Assembly: GCF_009914755.1 (NCBI RefSeq)
Contig: NC_060934.1
From: the human T2T-CHM13v2.0 reference genome, Homo sapiens
Direction: 5' to 3' (one strand)
DNA: 64,000 nucleotides
Each line of letters starts with the position of its first letter. Position 1 is the first letter of the stretch. Below the pieces are notes generated by a model. That model searched no databases and was not told where the DNA came from. It worked only from the letters and a program-made list of their open reading frames with translations. Of this stretch, positions 17,835 through 46,367 are shown piece after piece. Position numbers and translations under genes: made by a program.

Positions 17835-19386
17835 AACAGCTGTTCATATTATTTAATAAAATACAAAATAATTCGAGAATAAAGACTATGCTTTCAGGGA
17901 TCATTTCTATAGTTCGTTACTCGGGAAGTTTCTCTGAACGTGTAAAGCACCGAACAAAAAAAAAAAAAACAATTCAAGAATAAAATCTGGGCAGCTCACA
18001 ATAAAGTGGAAGGAAATGTTATACAGGTGGTCGCTATAAACATTTCAGAAATCCAATTGCAGTATTATAACTTATGAAAAGAGAAACTACCACATGTAAA
18101 AACACAGAAAAGAAACGTAAGTTTTGGAAAACGTAGACTTTTAATAACTGCTTTTATCACCAGGTTAAGCCATGCAGTTACAAAGTAGTTAGAAATTTCT
18201 GAAGGGTGTTAGAGTTAAAAAAAAAAAAAAAGCTGACTCTTACACATATATTATCTAGCACTTCATGGGGACACTACTGTTCAAAAGGCCCTGGCCAAAT
18301 AACTCCCAAATGAAACACTCAACCCAAGGATGTTTTCAGCCCACTGTTAGTGAAGCTGGGTGCAGAATGCAAAGCCTCTAAAAGGAGAGGATACAAAGTC
18401 AGGTGAGTAGGGGCCATTGGCAATGCTCAGAGCCAGCCAGACTCCAAACAGGGAGCCCAAGTGGTTTTTTTCTGGGACACTCTACTTGAATTATTGTTTA
18501 ATTAGTCAACCATAGATCTTCAAAAGAGAACAATTAGTTAACATGATAAAAAGTGACTGCATTCTTTGGACTGTATCATAATTATAGTAAGCAAATTCTG
18601 ACAGTTTTAATGAAAATAGCCTCCACCATTTTGCAGGTATGAAGATAACTTAATTATCCACAGGGCTTTTAATGTCTGCTGGACAATACATGAATGATAA
18701 GCTATAAATGACATTGTTTTATGATATAAAAATACTAGTTTTTTTCATTTATTATTTCTATAGGCATTCACTGTTTGAGTCAAGGTTAGGCTTGTTAAGT
18801 GATTAAAGGCAATTTTATTACAGCAGCATGTACTTATTCTATTCTAAAAGAATAATATTCATAAACAGAAACAGGTTTTATATTTGTTTGCAACCTGCAA
18901 AATTGAATTATTTTGCTGATATAAAATACTAAGAACTCACTTGAGGACCATGCCACCTTCTGAAAAGGCCACACACCTACTTCTTAAATGTGTTAAAGTT
19001 ACAGTGTGTCCCAGACTCATCCAGAAAAAATAAGCAAGCAACTGACTGCTCTTGACTGTTCCTCCCCAGCACTAGCACTGATTGTGTTGGGAAAAGCCAC
19101 AGAGCAAGGCTGCACAGCCAGATAAAGGAGGCTTTTTATTTAAAGGCAAAATACCAAAATGGCTCTCTGGTGTAGGTGATTTCTACTTTCACACTCAGCT
19201 TGTACATGATCCGCTAACCTTAATTTCTTTCTCCTTAACGGGCTGACTTGGATTGACTTGTTGAGAATGGTATCCATTATTAATGAGTCAGGAGAGAAAG
19301 GGATTTCTGTGGTTACATGTAAACTTGTGATAGGTCTGCAGAAGTTACATGTGAAGAGGATAGTGAGGAAGTCAGCCATGATCCAT
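17835..19386 (-). other. GLUD1: GLUD1 3' UTR with several candidate poly(A) signals: AATAAA 19135-19140, 18814-18819, 18748-18753; ATTAAA 18140-18145, 17852-17857
   Basis: Alu-free AU-rich sequence after the stop codon; hexamers read directly on minus. Which ones are used is not visible from sequence. Confidence 0.7.
17882..17954 (+). pseudogene. 3'-truncated U3 snoRNA retrocopy (about nt 1-73) with poly(A) tail and TSD
   Basis: AAGACTATGCTTTCAGGGATCATTTCTATAGTTCGTTACTCGGGAAGTTTCTCTGAACGTGTAAAGCACCGAA, then A14 (17956-17969); flanks AATTCGAGAATA (17870-17881) / AATTCAAGAATA (17971-17982). Confidence 0.92.
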
Positions 19387-19545
<159 letters not shown>

Positions 19546-19703
19546 TCAAGTGGCCAGGCCATAAACACACAAGGCCCAGACAGGCCTGGTCCAAGTTACC
19601 CTCTCATTGTTTCAAGGCAGGACTTGGGCAGCCAAAGACAAACTACTCTAGCAGCAGAACCTCTAGGCAGGAGGGCCTAATTCTCTGGACTTAACAATGG
19701 GGT

Positions 19704-20421
<718 letters not shown>

Positions 20422-20937
20422 TTATACCACATACACCCTATCTCGATCAAAAATTAACAAGAAAAACAACAGCCCTAAGAAGCACCACCTTCTTCACCAA
20501 TATCTGCTTATGCTATTTCATCATAAATCCAAGCAGATAGAATCTGAACCCAAGAAGAAATTAGGAAAACTGGACTCAAACTGTGGTTGAGGCCTTAAAG
20601 TAGGGATCAAGCAGTCAAAATAAGTTTTGCTTATACCAAATTCTATAGTAAGGTAGACTCCCGTAGCTATAACATAGTGGCACATGGAGCTACAATCCAG
20701 TTTGGCTAACTACTCCATACTGGGCTAGCTGCCAACATCATTACCTCCTAAATCAGCCTTATTATTTCTTTCCAAAGCCTCAAAAACATATTTGAAGACT
20801 CTAAAAAATTGCTTATCATCTGAGACTGAAAAAACATGTGTTTTGCTACACACAAATGAGGACCATTGAACAGATTGATGTTTTCTATCAGCACATACAG
20901 TCTGGCGGCTGAGATAGCATGGTTGAGTTGCACTTCA

Positions 20938-21039
<102 letters not shown>

Positions 21040-21789
21040 CTATTAGGGAAAAGAACACAAGTTTAACAAAACCACAAAGACCTGCTTTGTGTCCCTGTAT
21101 AAGATGACAAAGGATTCTCAAGTCAATATACAACCAGACAGAATTTTTTGTCTTTTAGCTAAGATATGTCATTTCTGCACAGTATCAAAGATACAGTATC
21201 TTGATACTTACTGAAGCAGTTGCTTGTTGATCACAATTTATTTTTATTATATTTGACAGCAAACAAATACTCATGAAATAAGATTATAGTACAACAATGA
21301 AGACAGTTTTTGGACCTAGAGACATGAGGGCATGGAGTGAGATGAGCACCCTCCACTCATGGAGACGCAGATGCACTGAGCAATGTGTTACACTGTTCAT
21401 GCCACGGTGCGTTCGCCTCAGCTCCCCAGAGAACAGGGACACCACACAGAACACAGAAAGGAATCTGATTAAACCCCATAGCGGCTTTGGGGTAGAATTC
21501 TGTGTATCTATTCAGTAGTGCCAGCAACTTTTAAAGCTGTGTAGATCTCAGCAGCGTTTTAATTTTACTGATGAGGAAACTAAGGACCAGAGAAGATGGC
21601 CAAGGTTACAGATAGCTATTTTCAGAGCTGGGATATGACTCAGGGCCTCCACCATCAAGTCAGTTCTCTCTTTCCTAATTTGTTTCTTGGAATGCTTTCT
21701 AAAAAATTAAGGACAATTAACTCACTACCACTCTTAAGGTGACATACAGAGCTACAAAACACATATGCCCGATAAAAACTTAAAATGGG

Positions 21790-23300
21790 TCACTGATATA
21801 GTTTGGACACTTACTGAGTACATACTCTTCCAGGTACTAGGGGACATAGTAGAGAATAAAATCAAAATTCTGTTCTCACAGACTTTATATTGTAGTGGGA
21901 AGAGAGTGTATATACATGGACTTCAAACCACAAGGCTAAGTGGATCATTGAAGTTTTCAATCTAGATAGAGAAGTGGTTTAGGGACGCAGGCCTTCCAAT
22001 GTTAGGAGAGTGAAGAGTTGAAGAGATACCAGCAAGAGGCAATTGAGAAGAAATGTTTAGTGAGGTAGGGAGAAAACCAGGAGAATGTGGTATCCTGGAA
22101 GCTAAGAGAAGAAAATGTTTCAAGGTGGGAGTGTCAGTTGTAACAAGAACTGCTGATAGGTCAAGCAAGATGAGGACTGAAAAATAGCTACTGGATTTGG
22201 CAATGCTGGTGTCACTGGCTGTCTTGACAAGAATAGTCTTGGTGGAGTAGGTTCAAGTAAAGAAGAATTGGAGGCTGAGTATATACAACTCTTCCAAGGA
22301 GGTTTGCTCTACAGGAAACAAATGGCAATACTGGAAGGGGAAGTGGGATTAAGATTTATACATTTTTTAAAACAGCATTTGGTAAGCTGAGGGGAATGAC
22401 TCAGAGGGAAACTGCTGATGTAGGAGAGAGGAGCAGACTTGCTAGAGCAGTGTATCTGAGGAAAAACCATCCAATGCCCACAACAAGAACTGGACCTAAG
22501 AAATGAAAGCACAAAGAGCTGATCTATTCGAAGAGAGATGACACAGGACTGGGTACAGGTACCAGGAGCTGGGTAGATGCGGAAGCTCCCAGGCTGCATC
22601 AGTTTTATCTGTGAACAGATAGCAGGTCATGAGCTGGAATGCAGGGCAGTGAGAAGAGGAGAAAATGTGATGTAATCACTCAGGAGACGGGGAGAATGAA
22701 TGAAACACGGAAAAGCAGTATGACTGCTGGGCAGCTCTGAGCGCCTACTTGAGGTTAGTGGTCAGGGTGTGAACTGCCAGCAGGGCCTCCTACAGGGTAG
22801 AGGCACGGGATTTAATCAGGGATTTAATCAGGGCTGCTGGGATTTAATCAGGGCTTAGGTGTTAACAAAGGAGTATGACAAAGGAAACAAGACTGGGGAG
22901 TGACTGTAATGATGGAGCACGGAATTTAAGTTAGATAAGGAGGGAAGTGAGGGCACTGGGGGGATGAGGGACAGTGGAAACATGGCAGGGTCATGATGTG
23001 GGTCCTGATAGTGCCAAACAGGGGCAGGGGGAAACTAGAGGGAGAGAGCTTGAGAAAACTTTTATTTTTTTAACTGACAAGGCATATGCTGGGCAGTGGG
23101 GTGACCAAAGGGAGGGGTGAACAGCCCTCTGGCAGGGACAGTAGCAGCGCAAGTCCTTCCGATGCACTGCTAGCCACTTGGGATGGATGTTATGTACGAA
23201 ACAGTGGCACACAGGAGACTTTCAGAGAGAGCCACAGAACTGCAGTGACACTTAAGCAGGGAGGAGATCAGTGTATTCCAGATAAAAGGACCAGAACAAA
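21790..23300 (-). mobile_element. L2 LINE remnant
   Basis: Reverse complement of an L2 3' end near 21810; degenerate RT peptide (LDLSAV...) in ORF 21962..22168; purine-rich plus strand typical of antisense L2. Confidence 0.7.
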
Positions 23301-23468
23301 GACATCACTCTAGGAAATAGGAAGTTTACTGAGGGGAACGGTTAGTACCTAGAATGGGTAAAGCATTTTTTCTTTCTTTACAACAAAATCTTTAACTTTT
23401 TCCCATGTTGCAATATAGTCTCAGAACTGTTTTCCATCACTGAATATTTCATAAGGAGATATATTGAC

Positions 23469-25000
<1,532 letters not shown>

Positions 25001-25326
25001 TATAGTTCAATCTAATGCTTGCTTTTCAATTCTTCCTATTTCTCTGAAGCTTAAAATAATTAAAATACATAATAATCCTTCACTGTTAAAACACGTGCGT
25101 GAAAAATACCAAATTTATTTATTTTATATTTGTTAGTAGTCAGTAGGATTCTTACTCCAGTTTTAGAATGTAATGAAAAGGAAAGGTACAAAACACACAT
25201 GTCACGCACTTACTGTCAAGCTAATTACAAAGACTATGCCGCAGATGAAATCCATCTAACCAGCTCTGTCTGAAGGAAAGAGCAGGGAGCATGTGTGAAG
25301 TACAACTGTGGGGTCACCACACTCAC

Positions 25327-25418
25327 CGATATCCTGTCTTGGAACTCTGCCGTGGGTACAATGGGAATAGTTCCACCATGCTTTCCAAATTTTCTTTCTA
25401 AACTCTCTTGAACAGACA
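25327..25418 (-). CDS. GLUD1: GLUD1 exon 11 (92 nt): (M)[30 protein letters not shown] (antenna)
   Basis: AG/GT boundaries; Arg at mature 443 and Ser445 present. Confidence 0.98.
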
Positions 25419-25508
25419 CTACAAAAAAATAACAAGAGATCAAGATATTGCTAACAGAAAAAAAAAAAAAAAAGTAGAATCAAAAGTAGTCCCAAACTAT
25501 AACTGTAA

Positions 25509-26648
<1,140 letters not shown>

Positions 26649-26774
26649 TCATGAGACAAAATATTATTTTCTTTTCTGAGACTCAATTCTTTCCCAAAGG
26701 GATCAGTTCTCTTAAGTGGACCTTTTTACAGCCTTTCAGCTGGCTCAAAAGATGAGTTTTGGCGAACAAGATTA

Positions 26775-26909
<135 letters not shown>

Positions 26910-27796
26910 CTATGCACAAAAATAAGACAAAGAAATTAGAAGATGATGGTTTTCGTAAAAGCTGAAAATGAACCTAAGACCTTAATTTCAATACCAAGGT
27001 AGACTGGACTTTAAATATCGCAAATATATTTTAGCCAGTATCAGGAATTTCACACTTAATTAACACTCCTTCCCATCCCACCCAATTCCATCTAAGGCTT
27101 TTTCTATTTAGGAAAAAAAAAAAATCATTTTTTGGCTTATTAATCAAGGAAAGTTAATAATCTTTGGTTGGAGCCTCTTCTCTACCAGAAGTTAGTTCTC
27201 AGACTAAATGGCTTGCCCACCAACCAGTTGGACTGGACTGTCCACAGGGCCTCTCAGAAGACAGGATTCTTTCTCCTATTACCTAAGGGTAGCCCATTTC
27301 AGTTACATTAAATGTCTTAAGTGCTTTCAGCAAAGGGGGTTCTTTAAAATATATTCCAAGCCCACATTAATTTCTAGTAACTTTTTGGTGTAGACTCATT
27401 TTTACTTGCTAAAAAACCTGAGCACGTGTTCCTCATATTAGTTTTCTGAGTAAAGCTGGAAAGGGCACTTGAAATGCATAAGGTTAGGAATCATATAGAA
27501 AATCTTAAGAGCTTTAGTTAGAATAGTGTTTCTAACACAGTACACATTTATATAACCAGACTCTTAGAAGGCTAAAGACATTCAGTAAAGAGCCTGAAAT
27601 TGGAATAAATGTTTCGATCAAAGTGAAAATTAACAGGCTTAGAATTAACCATGCTTCTACTATATTTTCTCAAAAGTGAAAAAGATGAATTCACTAGAGC
27701 TTGGAGACTAATAATTCCTCTCTTCCTCCAAATTCCTTGCAAAAGACTATTATGATTCTAAGTACATATAAAGCCTAATAAATATAGATGACTTAC

Positions 27797-27877
27797 TGGA
27801 ATAACCATAATGTTTCTCTCCAGGAAGATCTTGTCAGCTTCTGGAGTTGTTGGCCCATTGGCACCTTCAGCAATGAT
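27797..27877 (-). CDS. GLUD1: GLUD1 exon 9 (81 nt): [27 protein letters not shown]
   Basis: AG/GT boundaries; EGANGP motif. Confidence 0.98.
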
Positions 27878-28311
27878 CTGCAAGAGAGTCAGGAACATAG
27901 AGAAATGCGAACACCACCGTCAAATCCCCTCCACTGAGGGCAAGAGATGTGCATATATGAACAAGGGGCTGTGGGGAGAAGCACAGTTTCAGTTAAAGTT
28001 AAATAGAGGTTATTTTTCTCTGCCAAGTGTATAAAACTACCTTTCACTTTTCTATTTATCTAGGTTTTTTTTTTGTTTGCTTGTTTTTTTTTTTTACAGG
28101 AGTGTCAGGCAGATGCGTTTGTTTTGGTAATGGTTGCACAACTCTGTGCCGGTAGCTAAAAGCCATTAAATTATGTACCTTAAATGGGGGAACTGTATGG
28201 TATGTGCAGTATGTGCCAATAAAGCTGCTAAAAAGAAAGAGAAAACTCAATCAGACTCTTCTATGACCCCCCTAACGTCATTCACATTGATAATGTTGGT
28301 TCTGGTTTCTA

Positions 28312-28796
<485 letters not shown>

Positions 28797-28875
28797 TCAA
28801 AATTCTTTTGCCAAAAGAAACAATGTACTAACTGGTTTCTCTTCAACAATAAAATTCTCTGTTTAAGAATGTGAT

Positions 28876-29920
<1,045 letters not shown>

Positions 29921-30246
29921 TGAAACAAATTTGGGTCAGTGTGTAAACCTTTCTATATACTTACAAAACTTAGAAAATTATGTTAAGAGACTTGCCCTTC
30001 TAGCTATAATTTCAAGTTTGAATACTAACCAATATTTTGGTTGAATTTGGTGATAGTTTGGTTGAAGTTGGTAACAGTTTCACATGTACTTGAGAGATAC
30101 TTAAATCAGTTCTAGTTACATGAATCATACCAAGGTTCAAAAAACAAAATATCTATTACTCTGAAAACCACCACTCTAAAATTTAAGAGATTTGAGATAA
30201 CTTAATTTTAAAATTACAATTCTAAAAACATTGAAAACTTTACTTA

Positions 30247-30558
<312 letters not shown>

Positions 30559-30699
30559 TCATTTAATCAAAAATATGCTAATTAGGAGTGTGTGTATGAA
30601 TGTATTTAAGGTATACTTTTACCAATAGAGACAAGACTCACTTTTTCAGCTTTCTGTTCCTAGAAAATACAATAAAATATACTATATTTTCTGTTTTTT

Positions 30700-35161
<4,462 letters not shown>

Positions 35162-35638
35162 CTCACTCTTACTTTCTATTACCTTTATAAATATGCCTTA
35201 CCTTCAGACAAACTGAACGCTATTGTTTCTCTTCCTCTTATCCTCCAAATCTCTAAATGTTCATATTCTACCCATTTTCAAGGTCTAGCCCAAATATCTC
35301 CTCTAGAAAGTCTTATTTCAGAATTCATAATCTCCACTGTTGTATTACATTATTTCCATACCTTATCTGCTTATGCACCTTAGTTCCTCTTTAAATGGAA
35401 GCCCTCTGAGGGAAAAATCAGAATTGGATGCTTCTTGATGTACGTTCTAGTGTCTTAGCACAGTGGGCTGCCCTGGTCCTGTTCCAGTGACAAGTATAGG
35501 GCAGCATATAAGTAAAGCTCAATCTGTGTTCATTACGATTTAAGAATAGACAAGTAGACATAAAATAATATGCACATCAAGATTATGATTGAATGAGAGA
35601 AAAACCCAGGGATTCTCAACTTTTGATATAATCAGTCA

Positions 35639-35911
<273 letters not shown>

Positions 35912-36869
35912 TCATTTAGGTAGCTAATCAAAGTCATAGAAATATTCATTAAATGTTTCACTATAAAATGCAGACACATACAACATTACATAATAATTTC
36001 TCCCTCTGGCATTTACTTGCTGTATGTTTGGAAGTTAGCTATGCACAACAGATATAAGCCACTCCATAGGATTTCTGAGTGTGCGACCAGAGGTTAATCA
36101 GTTTAGCCTCTCTTGACCTCATTTCACTAACATGCAATTAGAGATAACAGTACCATTGTGTTCTATATAAGCAGGATTATTATGGTTAGGGAGTTGACAT
36201 GTATGAGATAGCAGAGTAACATGCTGCTTAGTGGGGGTATAAGCCCTCCTTATCAAGTAGAGAAAAAGGGGAGAAGGTCATATTGCTAAAGCAATTGTGT
36301 TAAGCCCCATATTATTTTTACTTGTGGAAGAATGTGGCTGTGACCTATTATTCGACATTCAGCACATATAAGGTTTTAGGCCTTAGCTTTCAGTTCCTCA
36401 GATCATAGGAAATTAAAGGTTTAGGCTAATAAATTAGCTTACAGGCAATAACAGGAATCACTGACTATACTACTACTGACGGCTACAGTAAGATCTCTGA
36501 TAAAAACATGTTAAGTGATGCTCACTCAAATCTGTAAAGGTGCAGAAATACTCCTCTCAAACACAGTAAAAATAAAAACAACCTAATTATCTTGTATGCC
36601 AATTAAATGAAATATGGTATACCTATGCAAAGTACTAAACAGCCATTAAAAAGGGTAACTTATATCCATGTAAATTACTTGGAATTATCATGAACATACA
36701 TATGGAAAAAGGCAGGTTTCATACAGCATGTATAACATGTTCCCACTTATAATTTTTTTCTCTTCCCTGCCATATATATAGTTTATAACTTTCTATATTA
36801 TTTCAACTGTAAAATACAAACTCGTTTTTACAAAACGAAAAACGCAACTTAAAAAATGGTTAAACTATT

Positions 36870-42328
<5,459 letters not shown>

Positions 42329-42744
42329 TTATAGTACATTTTCATATGTCTTCTCATGTAATCCTTAGAACAACTCATAAAGTAGGCATTGCCATTTTAA
42401 AGGTGACAAAATAAGGGATCAAAAAAGTAGGTTATAAAAACAAGATAGTAGAACTAGGGCTCAAATTCCCATTCTATTAATTCCCCACTGAAAAATACAC
42501 TAAATCTTAATTAAGATTAATTTAAATATAATTATATTCCATTTAAATGGTGAATTTTAAAGAGAATAAAAATCATGCATTTATGTTTGTATATAGATAA
42601 TTTAGTATTATGTAAAGCATTGTGACAATCAGTTTGAATTAACTTGGAACTGACTGGATAAAAAGTAAGGTTTTTATAGTCTTAGTTAAGATATGTGTCA
42701 CTAGAATCAGATCCTGACATAAAAACTTCAGATCACAGTAATAC

Positions 42745-43580
42745 TTTTTTCTTTTTGAGACAGAGTCTTGCTCTGTTACCCAGGCTGGAATGCAGTGGTG
42801 AAATCTCAGCCAACCTCTGCCTCCTGGGTTCAAGCAATTCTCATGCCTGAGCCTCCCGAGTAGCTGGGATTACAGGTGTGCACCACTATGCCTGGCTAAT
42901 CAGATCACAGTATTTCTTAAATATGGGTATAAGTGTCTAAGTGAAGACATTATATAAATATGGGTATAAGTATATAAGTGAAGATATTAATTACGTTTTA
43001 ACTAAGTAAGAAAATAATAAAACAAAAAGCAAAAAAGTAAAACAAAAGACTCATAAAAACAAAACCAAATGAAACAGAAAATGATAAAGGATATAGATAT
43101 TAAGTAGGTGATCTTTATATGGCAAAACACGCTATGAGTTAATTCTTTACATTTTTCTATTCCATTTGAAAAGCAATGGGGACTACTGATCTCACTGATA
43201 GTGGGGGATACAGAGAAGCCCAGTAATTTCAAGTCCTTCATAAATGCACTGTGTGCACAAATGTCACTTTGAGGCCGGGTGCGGTGGCTCATGCCTGCAA
43301 TCCTAGCACTCTGGGAGGCCAAGGCAGGTGGATCACCTGAGGTCAGGAGTTCAAGAACAGCCTGGCCAACATGGTGAAATCCCCTCTCTACTAAAAATAC
43401 AAAAATTAGTCGGGCATGGTGGCGTGCACCTGTAATCCCAGTTACTGGATCAAGGAGAACTGCTTGAACCCGGGAGGCGGAGGTTGCAGTGAGCCAAGAT
43501 TGCGCCATTGTACTCCGGCCTGAACAACAGAGGAAGACTCTGTCTCAGAAAAACAAAAACAACAACAACAATAAAAAACA
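42745..43580. mobile_element. Intron 3 Alus: 5'-truncated right monomer 42745-42900 (-) with TSD TCAGATCACAGTA, and 43273-43580 (+)
   Basis: Alu motifs and duplicated flank. Confidence 0.85.
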
Positions 43581-43600
43581 AATATCACTTTCATACTTAC

Positions 43601-43656
43601 AGTATAGTTCTTGGGATTGATCTTAACACCAGCTTTAGCACCCCCAAACGGCACAT
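43601..43656 (-). CDS. GLUD1: GLUD1 exon 3 (56 nt): (D)[18 protein letters not shown], containing the catalytic Lys
   Basis: GGAK active-site motif; AG/GT boundaries. Confidence 0.98.
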
Positions 43657-44208
43657 CTGAAAGAGAAGGCTGATGGTTGCTATTCCATATAAATGTTAAA
43701 AAAGTAAAATGACAGAAAGCACCACACAATATTAGAGAAACGTGATGCTTTAAGCTTGAATTTCTGAAAATTCAAGAAATAAACCTACCATCATTTTCTA
43801 AACTGTACTTTAAACAACATTTTGTTGAACAGAAATTGTTCAATAAAATTGGCTAGCCAAGTTCTAATATATATTTAATCAGTGCTCTTTACCACTTCTA
43901 AAAGATAATAGCTTATTTACTCTCCTTCTACTATAATTTGGTCTTATTTACAGAATGTGTTGAGGAATTGAAAACAAAGATCTAGACTTAAAATCCAATT
44001 ATCTCCTATTTTAAAAAATCCCCCATGTAAAAAAAAAAGGCTATATCTTAATTTAGACTAATTGAAAAATGATGCAGGTCTTAAAGATTACAACTTGAAA
44101 AAAAATCAGTTCTGATAAGGTATATTTCTACAGCATCTTAACAGTAACATGTGTGTAAACATATTTCCCCAGAGTTCTCATTAGGCAGCAAGAAAGGCGA
44201 TCACTTAC

Positions 44209-44289
44209 CAACCACTGCACACTTGTATGTCATCAGAGAAGCCAAAGCTTTTACTTCATCTACACTCACATCAGTGCTGTAACGGATAC
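44209..44289 (-). CDS. GLUD1: GLUD1 exon 2 (81 nt): (G)[26 protein letters not shown]
   Basis: AG/GT boundaries; MTYKCA motif. Confidence 0.98.
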
Positions 44290-44770
44290 CTGGTGGTGTT
44301 TTTAAAAAAATGTGTTGGGGTGGGTGAGAAAGAAGGGGTTATATTTAGAACAAACTTAAGTAAGCTTCAAAAAAGAAAGCTACAAATTGAAAATATCCAC
44401 TTTTTACATTTTACATCCAAGCTATGTCCAAAAACACTTGAAGCAGCTTGTACATCAGAACACCATGAAAAATGAATATAAAACGTTAAAAAAACCTGCT
44501 AATAACAGTAACTATGATTTCACAAGACAAAAATCACCCTGCAATGAATTTCTGTACACTTTCCAGAAGGCTTTTTTATGTTCCTTTTACCTTTGGTTTG
44601 GGTGACCTGGTTGCAGGGAGTTCAAGAATTCAGGTTGCTTTTTTTTGGGGGGGTAGGGGTGGGAAACAGGGTCTTGCTCTGTTGCTCAGGCTGAGTGTAG
44701 TGGCACAGACATGGCTTACTGTAGCCTCAACCTCCTAGGCTCAGGTAATCCTCCCACCTCAGCCTCCTGA

Positions 44771-44980
<210 letters not shown>

Positions 44981-46367
44981 TGAATAATCACCAGGTTCAA
45001 AATACCGTATGTCTAAACAGAGGTTTTGGCTTCAAATGGGTATATTAAAAGAGATCCTTACCTGTTATTCTCCTCACCCACTGCCAACCTCTTTCAATCT
45101 GAAAATGAGAAAGCCATTTTCCCTTTCTGAGGTTGAGTGATTCCCTTCACCACTTCTGCAAAGAGGGCAGGTAGCCAAGCAGACAGGTAGGTACTAGTGC
45201 CCCTGTATCTAGTAGCCATTACGTGTTGGTACAGGGTATACTGGAAGTGGGGATGCCCACAGCTTTGGCTTTGGGGGTCTTGGTCAATTACTCTTCAAAG
45301 TTTTGGAGTGCTAATCCACCTTTCTTTCTCTATAATCCATTGCTTCTCAATCCCAAGGAGGAAAGTCTGAGTGGGGTTGATGTTTGACTGCACAGTGCTT
45401 GGGGCACTGGGTGTTTGTGTGTGAAGGATACCCACAAGAAGCTGCAGCATTTTTTCTACCCTCCCACTCCCAACAGATTCAGCCCCTCTCGAGGGGCTGG
45501 GTACGATTTCCACTGGGAGTCACAAGTAAGTAATGGGAGCCCCAGGGAGAGCTCTTTTAAAGAATTCTGAGATTAAAAGTTTTTCAGATAGAAAATATAC
45601 AATATCTCATGGACTGGCAGTTTGAGAGAACTTCCCTAGTCAATTTTAAAAGCTAGCTTTCTTACATGTTTCTGAAAACATCAACCTTAATATTGATAAT
45701 GTTTTAAGATAATTTATTTATTGTACACATGACCATAAAGAGCATATTCTAAGCTGAACATACTTATTTGGTCTACTGTACAAACAAATCATATTTAGAG
45801 GAGTATGTGCTTAGAACTATATCTTGTGTATAACTGATTCTCAAATTGTGAAATAAATGTAGTCATTATTAAACTTTTGGAATGCAAAATTACAGGTAAT
45901 TTTTCCAGCACACAGCAGATATCTGTATAGCTCACTCCCCCATTTCATTCAGGTCTCTGTTAAAAACTTCATTCTGAGAGGCTCCCCTTGACCACTGTAT
46001 TTAAAAGAGCACCTCTTTCTCACTCCCACTTTCCTGCCTCTCCTACCTTGTTTCTTCATATCGTTTATTATTACTGACTTTGCATTATACATGTGTTTAT
46101 TATCTGGCTTCCCTACCTGGCAAGTTAGCACCACGAGGGCAGACTTTGTTATGTTCACTGCTTTAATTCCTGGTTCCTAACATAGAAAATGGCATATATT
46201 AGGCACTCAAATACATGCCGAATTAATATACGAATATTCTGACTCTTAAAATTTAAAAAAGAAAGAAAAGCTATGGCCACAAAAATATTTGACATACATG
46301 TTAAGTTTTAAATAACTTACCATAAGCCTCCATACCTATCATGAAAGGACTCAAAGTATACAAAACT

